From NCBI GenBank assembly GCA_017482355.1, contig JAFUNJ010000008.1:24790-88789 (forward strand): 64,000 nucleotides of DNA, given 5' to 3'. Each line of letters starts with the position of its first letter. Within the stretch, counting starts at the first letter, position 1. Positions 1 through 8,400 of this stretch are shown in pieces. The position numbers and the translations under genes are program-made. The notes beneath the pieces were generated by a model. The model had not been told where the DNA came from. It searched no databases and saw nothing but the letters and a program-made list of their open reading frames with translations. Source of the DNA: Clostridia bacterium. Its GTDB lineage: Bacteria > Bacillota > Clostridia > Oscillospirales > CAG-272.

Positions 1-318
1 CTTATCAACGCTAACCCCGTGCTTCTCGAGCCGGTCGGAACTCTTAAGATCACAGTTCCCGAAGCTCTCGTCGGAGACGTTATAGGTGACCTTAACAAGC
101 GTCGCGGTCGTGTGCTCGGTATGGATCATATCGCGAATAAGAAGGGATATTCGCTTGTTGAAGCGGAAGCTCCGCAGGCAGAAATGACCGATTACCCGAT
201 CGTTCTCCGCGCGATGTCGCAGGGCAAGGGCGGCTTCACCTACAAGTTCGTTCGCTACGAGGAAGTACCGGGCAATATCGCTCAGAAGATCATCGCAGAA
301 GCGAAGGCTGAAGAATAA
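1..318 (+). CDS. Elongation factor G family GTPase, C-terminal fragment (5' end outside window)
   Basis: Open in frame from base 1. Translation ..LLEPVGTLKITVPEALVGDVIGDLNKRRGRVLGM..FVRYEEVPGNIAQKII resembles the EF-G domain IV/V C-terminus. Stop at 316-318 is followed by a hairpin terminator. Confidence 0.8.
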   Translation, partial: LINANPVLLEPVGTLKITVPEALVGDVIGDLNKRRGRVLGMDHIANKKGYSLVEAEAPQAEMTDYPIVLRAMSQGKGGFTYKFVRYEEVPGNIAQKIIAEAKAEE

Positions 319-325
319 ATAATTA

Positions 326-354
326 AGCGGACCGTGTTTTACGGTCCGCTTTTC
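326..354 (+). terminator. Rho-independent terminator after the EF-G-like gene
   Basis: 10-bp stem agcggaccgt / acggtccgct (326-335 / 341-350), 5-nt loop, then TTTC. Confidence 0.75.
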
Positions 355-390
355 ATATAAAAAATTATGTCAAAAATACTTAAAAATCCA

Positions 391-419
391 TTGACATCAA
401 TTTGAATGTGTAGTATAAT
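391..419 (+). promoter_or_regulatory. Consensus SigA-type promoter (TTGACA-17 nt-TATAAT) upstream of the ABC exporter gene
   Basis: TTGACA at 391-396, 17-nt spacer, TATAAT at 414-419. Read directly from the sequence. Confidence 0.7.
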
Positions 420-465
420 GCTTGAACTAATTAAAGGAGAGCGCCAAAATAGGCGGTAAAATGCG

Positions 466-2736
466 ATGGATAGCTTGCTTATAAATCAAAAACTTACAGA
501 AGCTCAGATCCAAACCATTCGTTCCTTGGGAAGCGAAGAAAAGCCGATTCGTTTTGCTGTTGTCGGTGAGATCTCAAACGAGGCAAAGTACAGCACGTGT
601 GTGCTTCTTGCAACCGATTCAGAGATCTTTACCTACGATTTCGGAAAAGGCGAAGAGTCGAGACGCTACGCATTTTCCGAAATTGAAAGTATATACTGTA
701 AGCGTATGTACGGAAACGGAATGATGAGAGTAAAGACCTTTGACGGTGAAACCCATGATCTCTTCCGCTTCACGTTTACCGTAACTGCTCTTTGCGATGC
801 CGCGGCAAAGTACGTCACAGATATTCGTGACGGTGAAAGCACCGACGAAGCGCTTTCCGTTATGCAGGCGGTATACGAGAAGCTTCTTTCGGTTTGTCCG
901 AAGTGCGGACGGACTCTTTCCGCACCGGGCGTGCCGTGTATACACTGCATGGACAAGGGCAGGGTATTCAAAAAGCTTTGGAAATATCTCCGCCCCGAGA
1001 TCGTGATCCTTACGATCTCTGTCTTGATCTCGGTAATTACGACGGCGCTCGCGCTTGTACCGCCGTTGCTTACAAAAACGCTCGTCGACGATATTATTCC
1101 CGACAGAAACCGTCAGATGCTGACCGTTGTCGTAATATCCCTCGTCTGCGTTCATATAATCCATTATCTCTTCACAGGCATAAGAGGATATATGCTCCGA
1201 GTCTCGGGAAATAAAATTATCGCGCGCCTGAGATGTGAAGTGTACGAAAAGGCGCAGTATCTTCCGATGCGCTTTTACGATAAGACATCAACAGGTGCCG
1301 TTATCAACCGTATAAGCGGTGACACAGCAACCATACAGGCATTTATGCTCCGAATAACGCAGGAAGTCGTCGTGCAGTTCTTTACACTTATAGGTATAGT
1401 CATCGTAATGCTGTGTATAAACTGGAAGCTGACGCTCTATTCTCTTACTCCCGTTCCGCTCGTCGTTATCGGCGCAAGGATATTCAGAAAAAAGATCGCG
1501 CCATTTTACCGCAGAATATGGAGACGCTCGTCGGGGGTAACGTCTGTTTTAACCGACAGCATTCCCGGTATCAGAGTAATAAAGTCATATACAAACGAAA
1601 AGCGCTCTACCGAGCGATTTACAAACGCCGTCGAGGAATGGCGCACCATAGATACAAAGGCAGGCAAAATACTCAATGCATATCCTGCAATAGTAAACTG
1701 TCTTATCAGTTGCGGAGGCGTCGTGATCTGGGCGCTAGGCGGAAACCTCGTTATTAACGGAATATCGACGGGTAACGGCGGTTCAATATCGGTAGGTCTT
1801 CTCGTTTCGTTCATTTCTTACGCAAGTATGTTCTACGGTCCCGTAAACTTCTTTGCAAATCTATCCGACTCAATGCAAAACGCAATGGCTTCCCTGGAAA
1901 GGATCATGGACATTCTTGACGCAGAGCCGGAGCACGATTTCGGAAAGGGAATGACCGACGTTGATCTTGGCGGAAGAATTGAGTTTAAAAACGTAAACTT
2001 CTCCTTTGACCGCACGAAAAAGACGCTTAAAAACATAAACCTTGTAATCGAGCCGGGTGATATCGTCGGAATTGTCGGAACGACGGGCTCGGGTAAATCG
2101 ACGCTTATCAATCTGCTTCTCCGTTACTACGATCATTACGAAGGTCAGATTATGATCGACGGCGTTGATATCAGAGACATTGATATGCACTATTACCGTT
2201 CAAGCATTGGCTACGTTCAGCAAGAGCCGCAGATGTTCCACGATACGATATATAATAATATCGCATACGGCGACAGTAAATTTTCGGCAGACGAGATAAT
2301 CAACGCGGCAGATATAGCAAACGCTCACGAATTTATCGTCCGTCAGCCCGACGGTTACGATTCGGTACTCGGCGAGCGCGGAGTAGGTCTATCCGGCGGT
2401 GAAAAGCAAAGAATTTCTATTGCAAGAGCGATGCTGCGTAACCCGAAGATCCTCGTTTTCGACGAGGCAACCGCATCGGTAGACTCCGAAACGGAGCATC
2501 TTATCCAGGAAGCGATAGAACAGCTTATCAGCGGCAGAACTACGCTTATGATAGCTCACCGTCTGTCAACGCTTTCTAAGGCAAACAAGATCGTAGTCGT
2601 CGATAACGGCGAGATAATCGAATGCGGTACTCCCGAGGAGCTCATGGCCATGGAGGGCAAATACTTCCGCCTCGTGCAGATACAGTCGATGTCGGACAAG
2701 CTCGCTGAAAGCCGCAAGGCGGAGAACTTCGCGTAA
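466..2736 (+). CDS. ABC exporter, fused permease/ATPase (MsbA/type I exporter fold) with about 170-aa N-terminal cytoplasmic extension carrying a CxxC..CxxC zinc ribbon
   Basis: 756-aa ORF. Walker A GTTGSGKST, signature LSGGEKQR, Walker B ILVFDEATAS, H-loop IAHRLST. Six predicted TM segments sit after residue about 175. N-terminal CPKCGRTLSAPGVPCIHC lies at nt 895-948. Confidence 0.9.
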   Translation: MDSLLINQKLTEAQIQTIRSLGSEEKPIRFAVVGEISNEAKYSTCVLLATDSEIFTYDFGKGEESRRYAFSEIESIYCKRMYGNGMMRVKTFDGETHDLFRFTFTVTALCDAAAKYVTDIRDGESTDEALSVMQAVYEKLLSVCPKCGRTLSAPGVPCIHCMDKGRVFKKLWKYLRPEIVILTISVLISVITTALALVPPLLTKTLVDDIIPDRNRQMLTVVVISLVCVHIIHYLFTGIRGYMLRVSGNKIIARLRCEVYEKAQYLPMRFYDKTSTGAVINRISGDTATIQAFMLRITQEVVVQFFTLIGIVIVMLCINWKLTLYSLTPVPLVVIGARIFRKKIAPFYRRIWRRSSGVTSVLTDSIPGIRVIKSYTNEKRSTERFTNAVEEWRTIDTKAGKILNAYPAIVNCLISCGGVVIWALGGNLVINGISTGNGGSISVGLLVSFISYASMFYGPVNFFANLSDSMQNAMASLERIMDILDAEPEHDFGKGMTDVDLGGRIEFKNVNFSFDRTKKTLKNINLVIEPGDIVGIVGTTGSGKSTLINLLLRYYDHYEGQIMIDGVDIRDIDMHYYRSSIGYVQQEPQMFHDTIYNNIAYGDSKFSADEIINAADIANAHEFIVRQPDGYDSVLGERGVGLSGGEKQRISIARAMLRNPKILVFDEATASVDSETEHLIQEAIEQLISGRTTLMIAHRLSTLSKANKIVVVDNGEIIECGTPEELMAMEGKYFRLVQIQSMSDKLAESRKAENFA

Positions 2737-2749
2737 GGAGGAAAAGTGT

Positions 2750-3241
2750 ATGGCACGCTATTATATTGATAAATATACGGGTCATCTTGAACGTACCGAT
2801 CTTTATCTTGTTCGCCTTGTCAAGAAGGACGGAAGCGTTATCGAGGATCTTGAACCGAGAAAGCTGTTTCCTTTTTCGAACAGTGAAATGTATATAACTC
2901 TCCTTGACAAAAACGAAAAGGAAGTCGGCTTTGTCCGTAAGCTCGATGAAATAGACGAAGAATCGCGTAAGGTGCTTCTTGACTGCTTCAAGGAATACTA
3001 TATGATCCCGAAAATATCGCGTCTTCTTGAATGCGAGGATAAATTCGGAGTGCTTAAATGGACGGTTGATACCGACAGAGGCGAGATAACCTTTCAGATA
3101 CGCAACCGCCACAGTGATATTAAAAAGCTCTACGGCACGAACCGCGTGATAGTCAGAGATTCAAACGATAACCGTTACGAGATCCCCGATGTTACCGCTC
3201 TTGATTCCCGCAGTAATCACCTGTTGTATTCATATCTGTAA
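2750..3241 (+). CDS. DUF1854-like protein (ABC-transporter-associated, unknown function)
   Basis: 163-aa ORF, 13 nt after the ABC gene, with strong RBS AAGGAGGA. Motifs LEPRKLFPFS, WTVDTDRGEITF and RYEIPDVTALDSRS match my recollection of PF08909/DUF1854. Not verified by search. Confidence 0.65.
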   Translation: MARYYIDKYTGHLERTDLYLVRLVKKDGSVIEDLEPRKLFPFSNSEMYITLLDKNEKEVGFVRKLDEIDEESRKVLLDCFKEYYMIPKISRLLECEDKFGVLKWTVDTDRGEITFQIRNRHSDIKKLYGTNRVIVRDSNDNRYEIPDVTALDSRSNHLLYSYL

Positions 3242-3244
3242 ATC

Positions 3245-3277
3245 AAAAGCTCTGTTGCAATATGCAACAGAGCTTTT
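3245..3277. terminator. Bidirectional rho-independent terminator between convergent genes
   Basis: aaaa-gctctgttgca-ata-tgcaacagagc-tttt. 11-bp perfect stem flanked by an A-run and a T-run. Confidence 0.8.
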
Positions 3278-3278
3278 A

Positions 3279-4406
3279 TCATTTAATATTTATCTCAACG
3301 CCGTTTACTTCAACGATTCCGTCAGCGCGTATCATGATAAATTTCTGTCCGTCGATAACTCGCGTTTCAACGAGATCAGACATATCTGAACTCAGCTTGA
3401 TCGAAACCTCAGGAGTCTTTACCTCAAACTGCTTCACGTTAAGCAGATTTTCGGGTGAAACAGTCGCTTTTTCGCCGAAGCTATGATCAAACTGCGTTTC
3501 AAACTCGGTGACCTTCTCTTCGTTTATACCGCAGCTTTTTAGAATGTCACTGACAGTCGACTTTGAAACGGTAAGCGGCTCGGGATCCTTCAGCGCCTTG
3601 TGTTCTTCGATCAGCTGACCGAGGTGATCCTGAACGTCCTTGACTACGTCAATGCTGCATTCCTCTGCGATCGTATCGCGGAAGATGTTAGTGAATACCT
3701 GCTTCTGAATTGCGACAGCCATAGGAGCTTCACGGCGGAAGAGGGCTTCAATAAGCTCCGCCTTGTTGTCCTTCTTGTCGCGGTTGTAGAAAAGCGCGTT
3801 GTAGATATTCGTCTTTCTGCCGTCGAAGGCAGGGAAGAGGAAGCCGGCGTCGGGCGCACCGATGACCCAGTCGGGGAGGTTGTTTTTTATCGCATTTTCG
3901 GTAAGCTTGTAGCCGAGAGTGGATTTCGTCATATTGAGAGGGCAGATAGCGCAGACTATGTAGGAGTAGATCTCGCCGCTGTCTTCTTTTTTGTTGCCGT
4001 CGGAGCCGTAGGAAGGCACGTCGTAAGCGTCGGAGCCGAGAATGATGAGATAATTGCCCTCGCATTTATATGAAATTCTGACCGATTCAATAAGCTCGTC
4101 AAGCGCCTTGTCATCGGCAAGTGACGATACCTTAAGCGCCGACAGCATCTTGTGCTCGGAGCTGTCAAGAACCTGCTGATTTGAAAAGGCAATGTCGATC
4201 AGATTCTTGTTAAGCGATCCGGAAAGCACCTTTTTGAGCGTGTTAAGTACCGCTTCCGCCTCTTCTTCGCTGATAAGGTTGAGCGACTGATCAAATCGGG
4301 AAATTACTTCCTTTTTCTCATTTATAAGTGCGCCGCGAATGCGTGAAATATTCGTTCTTTCGACCTTGAAGCGGCGTTTTATCTCGGAGATTTCTTTAAT
4401 ATTCAT
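3279..4406 (-). CDS. Conserved hypothetical cytoplasmic protein (resembles DUF4317 family)
   Basis: 375-aa ORF with no TM segment or signal peptide. N-terminus MNIKEISEIKRRF.. and the motif YSYIVCAICP recall DUF4317 proteins of Firmicutes. Assignment is from memory only. Confidence 0.5.
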   Translation of the reverse strand: MNIKEISEIKRRFKVERTNISRIRGALINEKKEVISRFDQSLNLISEEEAEAVLNTLKKVLSGSLNKNLIDIAFSNQQVLDSSEHKMLSALKVSSLADDKALDELIESVRISYKCEGNYLIILGSDAYDVPSYGSDGNKKEDSGEIYSYIVCAICPLNMTKSTLGYKLTENAIKNNLPDWVIGAPDAGFLFPAFDGRKTNIYNALFYNRDKKDNKAELIEALFRREAPMAVAIQKQVFTNIFRDTIAEECSIDVVKDVQDHLGQLIEEHKALKDPEPLTVSKSTVSDILKSCGINEEKVTEFETQFDHSFGEKATVSPENLLNVKQFEVKTPEVSIKLSSDMSDLVETRVIDGQKFIMIRADGIVEVNGVEINIK

Positions 4407-4472
4407 CTTGATATTCCTTTCGTTTCATACCGACATATTATAACTCATTTAAGCGCAAAAATCAAGAGACAA

Positions 4473-5300
4473 TCAGCCAATATCCGAATCAATTCTGACC
4501 TCCTTCGGAGATTTGCCGAACATCTCTGCGCAAACGTGATTAAAGTTGCGAATGCTCTTGAAGCCGCTTTCGAAAGCGATCTGATTTATTGGCAAAGAGG
4601 TGTCTTGAAGAAGCGCGTAAGCGTGATTCATACGGTACTGATTCAATATATTCGAGAAGCTGACGCCGAGCGTTTTGTTAAGCTCGCGGGAAAGGTACTG
4701 ATGGTTGTAGCCGATTCTTTCCGCCGCGTCGCGCAGCGAAATATCCGACAAATAGTTTTGGCTTATGAAGTGAACGACGTCGATAACGGCGTTCTTCGAA
4801 TTAAGATAAGGGACGAGCTTCGCTTGCGAAAGGAGAGAGCTTTCGATTATATAAAGAAGTCCCTTGACCTTGATTCTCGTTGCAGACGGCGAAATTCTGT
4901 TTGTAGAATATTCCTCCGTACCGAAAAGCGACTTTATCTGTGAAAGAAAATAATCAAGATCATCTTCTTTCGGCTTGAAAATCGGATTTTCTGCTTTCTT
5001 TTGTTTGATGGCATTCGATAGAGTGAGAACGATGTTTTCGGAGAAGGTGACGCGGCGAACGGTCGAGTCGTTCAGAACCTTAAAGCCATGTAGCTGAAGC
5101 GGGGAAATAAACGCCGCCTCACCCGCCTTTACTCGGTAATCAGTACCGTCGAGTGAGCATATCATTTCGCCTTTTTCAACGATCAGCATTTCAAAATTGT
5201 TATGTAAATTTATAGTTTTCGTTACGCCCTCGCCGTAAGCGCCTGTCGAAAATTCTATCTCGATTCCGTTCTCAAAATAATAGCAGAGCTTATTTTCCAT
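4473..5300 (-). CDS. AraC family transcriptional regulator (N-terminal cupin sensor + C-terminal HTH)
   Basis: 275 aa. The C-terminus ..SLRDAAERIGYNHQYLSRELNKTLGVSFSNILNQYRMNHAYALLQDTSLPINQIAFESGFKSIRNFNHVCAEMFGKSP is a typical double-HTH AraC domain. The N-terminus is cupin-like. Confidence 0.85.
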   Translation of the reverse strand: MENKLCYYFENGIEIEFSTGAYGEGVTKTINLHNNFEMLIVEKGEMICSLDGTDYRVKAGEAAFISPLQLHGFKVLNDSTVRRVTFSENIVLTLSNAIKQKKAENPIFKPKEDDLDYFLSQIKSLFGTEEYSTNRISPSATRIKVKGLLYIIESSLLSQAKLVPYLNSKNAVIDVVHFISQNYLSDISLRDAAERIGYNHQYLSRELNKTLGVSFSNILNQYRMNHAYALLQDTSLPINQIAFESGFKSIRNFNHVCAEMFGKSPKEVRIDSDIG

Positions 5301-5452
5301 ACAATCACCAAAAAGTCAATAATTTTCTATAAATCATACAAAATATATATGACTATATCAACATCTTGCTACAAATCATATCATAAAAGTATTTAAATGT
5401 CAACATTATGATGTTAAAATATACTCGCATAAATATTTTCAAGGAGAAAGAC

Positions 5453-8400
5453 ATGAAAAGAAGATTTTTGTCTATCATTCTTGCTTGCTCAATGATAATG
5501 TCAATACTTGTTTTAACGAACAGCGTGACGGTATCAGCGGCAGCACCGAGCGACGGCGTTATGTTCGGATCCGACGATATGTTCTACGTCGATTCGATGA
5601 AGGACGCCCCCGCTCCCCTTTCCTACGAGACGTGGATATATATTCCGTCGGATGCTACATATCATACGAGTGACAGCAGCCGCCTCGGAACGGTGTTCAG
5701 CTCGTATTCCAACTATGCAACGAGATCTTACGTTTGCCTTGGAATCAAAGTAAGCAGCGGCACTTACTATCCTCAATTTGAGTGGAGTGACGTTTATAAT
5801 CAGTCGAATATCGTAAGAACCTATAACTTTACAGATATTTCGATACCAAAGGGAGCTTGGACGCATCTTGCGTTCGTTCTTGATCCCGTAACAGGACACG
5901 TTTACGGCTATAAAAACGGCGTTCTTGTCCAGACGAAGACCACGTCGGCTGATTACATTATGTACAATTACGGCTCGATCGACGAGCGCGTTACCGATAA
6001 TCCTATGGTCATCGGTAACGACAACCGCCGCGGACAGCCCTACAATTTCCTAGGAAAGCTCGGTTCGCTCTCCTTCTACACCGAAATTCTCACCGCAGCC
6101 GAAGTAAAGGCACACTACGAGAACGGTGTATATGGTAACGAAGAGGGACTTCTTTCTCACTGGGATTTCAAGTCGACCGACATCGGCAAGAATATCGCAG
6201 ACAAGAGCCCTAACGGCTACGATCTTTCTTACAGTAAGGAATTTCTGAATCCCGACGAAGTTGAGCTTCCTGCCGATTACGCATATACGATGATGGTAGT
6301 TGGTGACACGCAGTATATCGTTCAGGACGACGTTAATAAGCTTAACGGCGACCATAACCATACCGCGACCATGTATAAGTGGATCGCCGATAACGCATCA
6401 GCGCTCAAGACGCAGATCGTAATGGGCGTCGGAGATATTACCGATATCGGTAATACCGCACAGCAGCTTCACGCTTTTAATGCTATAAGCCAGCTTAACG
6501 GCGTAGTTCCTTATACCGTCGTTCGCGGTAACCACGATTACTATTCTTATGACTTCAACCTCGCCTTTGCTGTAGATGACTATCTTAACCAGTTCAAGGA
6601 AAACGGCGGTCTTATGGACGATACGTCTGCCGAAAACAGTTACTATAAGCTTACCGCTCCCAACGGCGATAAGTGGATGGTCGTAAACCTCGACTGGTCG
6701 CCGACAGACGAAGAGATCGCTTGGGGATGCGGTATCATTGAGGCAAACCCCGACTATCAGGTCATTATAGTAACGCATCAGTATATGTTTCTCGACGGAA
6801 CGACAGTCGATAAAGAGGACTATAATCAGGGTACAACGGGTACGTACCTCTGGGATAACCTCGTCAAAAAGTACGAGAACGTCAAAATGGTATTCTCCGG
6901 ACATATGGAGAGCAACCTTATCACCATGACGCAGAGTGTCGGTGATAACGGCAATACCGTCTCGCAGTTCCTTATCGACGCGCAGGACGTTGAGTGGTAC
7001 TACAACCGTTATCTCAACGACGAAAACGATACTCTGTCTCCTCTCGGTCTCGTTACGATCTTCTACTTTGACGAGGACGGCAGAACCGTTGACGTAAGAT
7101 ACTATTCGACCATCAAGGATAAGTATTATCACACCGCAAACCAGTTTGAATTCGACCTTGAAGCAGAGGGCGAGGAGTTTGACTACGGCTGGAACGGCTA
7201 CGAGATCGCGCCCTCCGGCTCGGGTACACAGGCAGATCCGTACATTATCGAAAACGGCGGAAACCTTATGTGGATGTCGAATCAGATAATCAGTGGCGGA
7301 TGTCAGACATCGTCTGATCTCCTTGAAACCAATATCGGCTATTTCAACGGTCAGTACTTCAAGCAGGTATGTGACATCGACCTTAACGGCTGTGCTATTA
7401 AGCCGATCGGTTACGAGCATCAGACGGAAACGAGTCAGATACTGAACGTCGCTGCCTTTGGCGGTCACTATGACGGCGGCGGATACAAGATCTATAACGG
7501 ACGTATCGCAAGCGCGAAGGGACACGCTACGTACACTTCCTCTAACGGATATGCCGGTGACGCTCTCTTCGGAGTTATCTACGGCGCGACGATAGAGAAC
7601 GTTACGCTTGATAACGTAACGGTCTACAGCCAGGGAATTACGGGCGGTATTGTCGGACGCTCTGCTGCACCCACCAATGCGAATGCTCCCGAAGATTTCA
7701 ACGTTATCAGAAATTGTAATATTACCAACTCCTGCAAGCTCGTAGCGGGCTTCTATCCGGGTAATACCGTACATAACAGTGTTAAGTACGAGGATCTCGT
7801 TTATCAGTGCGGTATCGTAGGTGGTATCATCGGTCAGGCGTGGGCGACAACTATCGAAAACTGCGTTTCCGACGTAGAGATCGAGGTCGACGGCTATCAC
7901 TCCGTTGCAGCCGGTATCGCAGGCGAAGCGGGATATAACACCGTTATCAATAACTGCGTATTTAACGGCGGAATAACGCTCCTTGACAACACCTCAAAGA
8001 TCAGGCAGGCATTCGGCGGTATCGTCGCCCTCGTTATCGGTACCGGTACCACAAAGGTTCTTTGGGGCTACGAAAACCGTACCATATATGGATATATCAG
8101 AATTCTCAATTCTACCAATAACGGTTACTTTAAGTATGCAGGCACATCTCCGCTCGCTCAGGATATAATGATAGGCGGTATAGTTGCCGACGCTCACTAT
8201 ATAGGTAAGGTCGGCGTTTCGATGAAGGACAACGTCGTCGAAAACTGTGCAAACAATGCAAAGATTACAGCTCCTTCCTCTGATGCGAATGTTTGGATCG
8301 GCGGTATTGTGGGTCACAGTGCTACATATAAGTCAACGAGATTGCCACTTCACGTAAAAGACTGTATTTCAGTCGACGTTGCAGAATGCGGTGGAAACGG

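Noticed and set aside
461-484. 7-codon upstream ORF (ATG CGA TGG ATA GCT TGC TTA TAA) overlapping the ABC gene start, plus an AAAGGAGAG 26 nt upstream of the annotated ATG.
   Set aside because: The strong SD is too far from either ATG (19 and 24 nt) to serve them. There is no leader-peptide logic (no attenuator hairpins), so it is probably coincidental. The ABC start at 466 remains somewhat uncertain.
5408-5452. Longer N-terminal extensions offered by the ORF track (5408 for the secreted protein; also 10857, 12710, 16039, 20840, 22462, 23773, 33406, 40421 and 57228).
   Set aside because: In each case an internal ATG is preceded by a well-spaced Shine-Dalgarno sequence and begins the family-typical N-terminus or signal peptide. 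The upstream extension lacks an RBS or overlaps the preceding gene.
6398-7900. 500-aa ORF antisense to the large secreted-protein gene. Similar long antisense ORFs lie at 26971-27690, 33388-34209, 39580-40554 and 48195-48827.
   Set aside because: In every case the antisense codons are in exact register with the sense codons (start coordinates are congruent mod 3 with the sense frame). Antisense stops therefore arise only from sense TTA, CTA or TCA codons, which this genome's codon usage avoids. The translations are low-complexity, R/V/I-rich, and lack RBSs and recognisable motifs. This is a codon-bias artefact.
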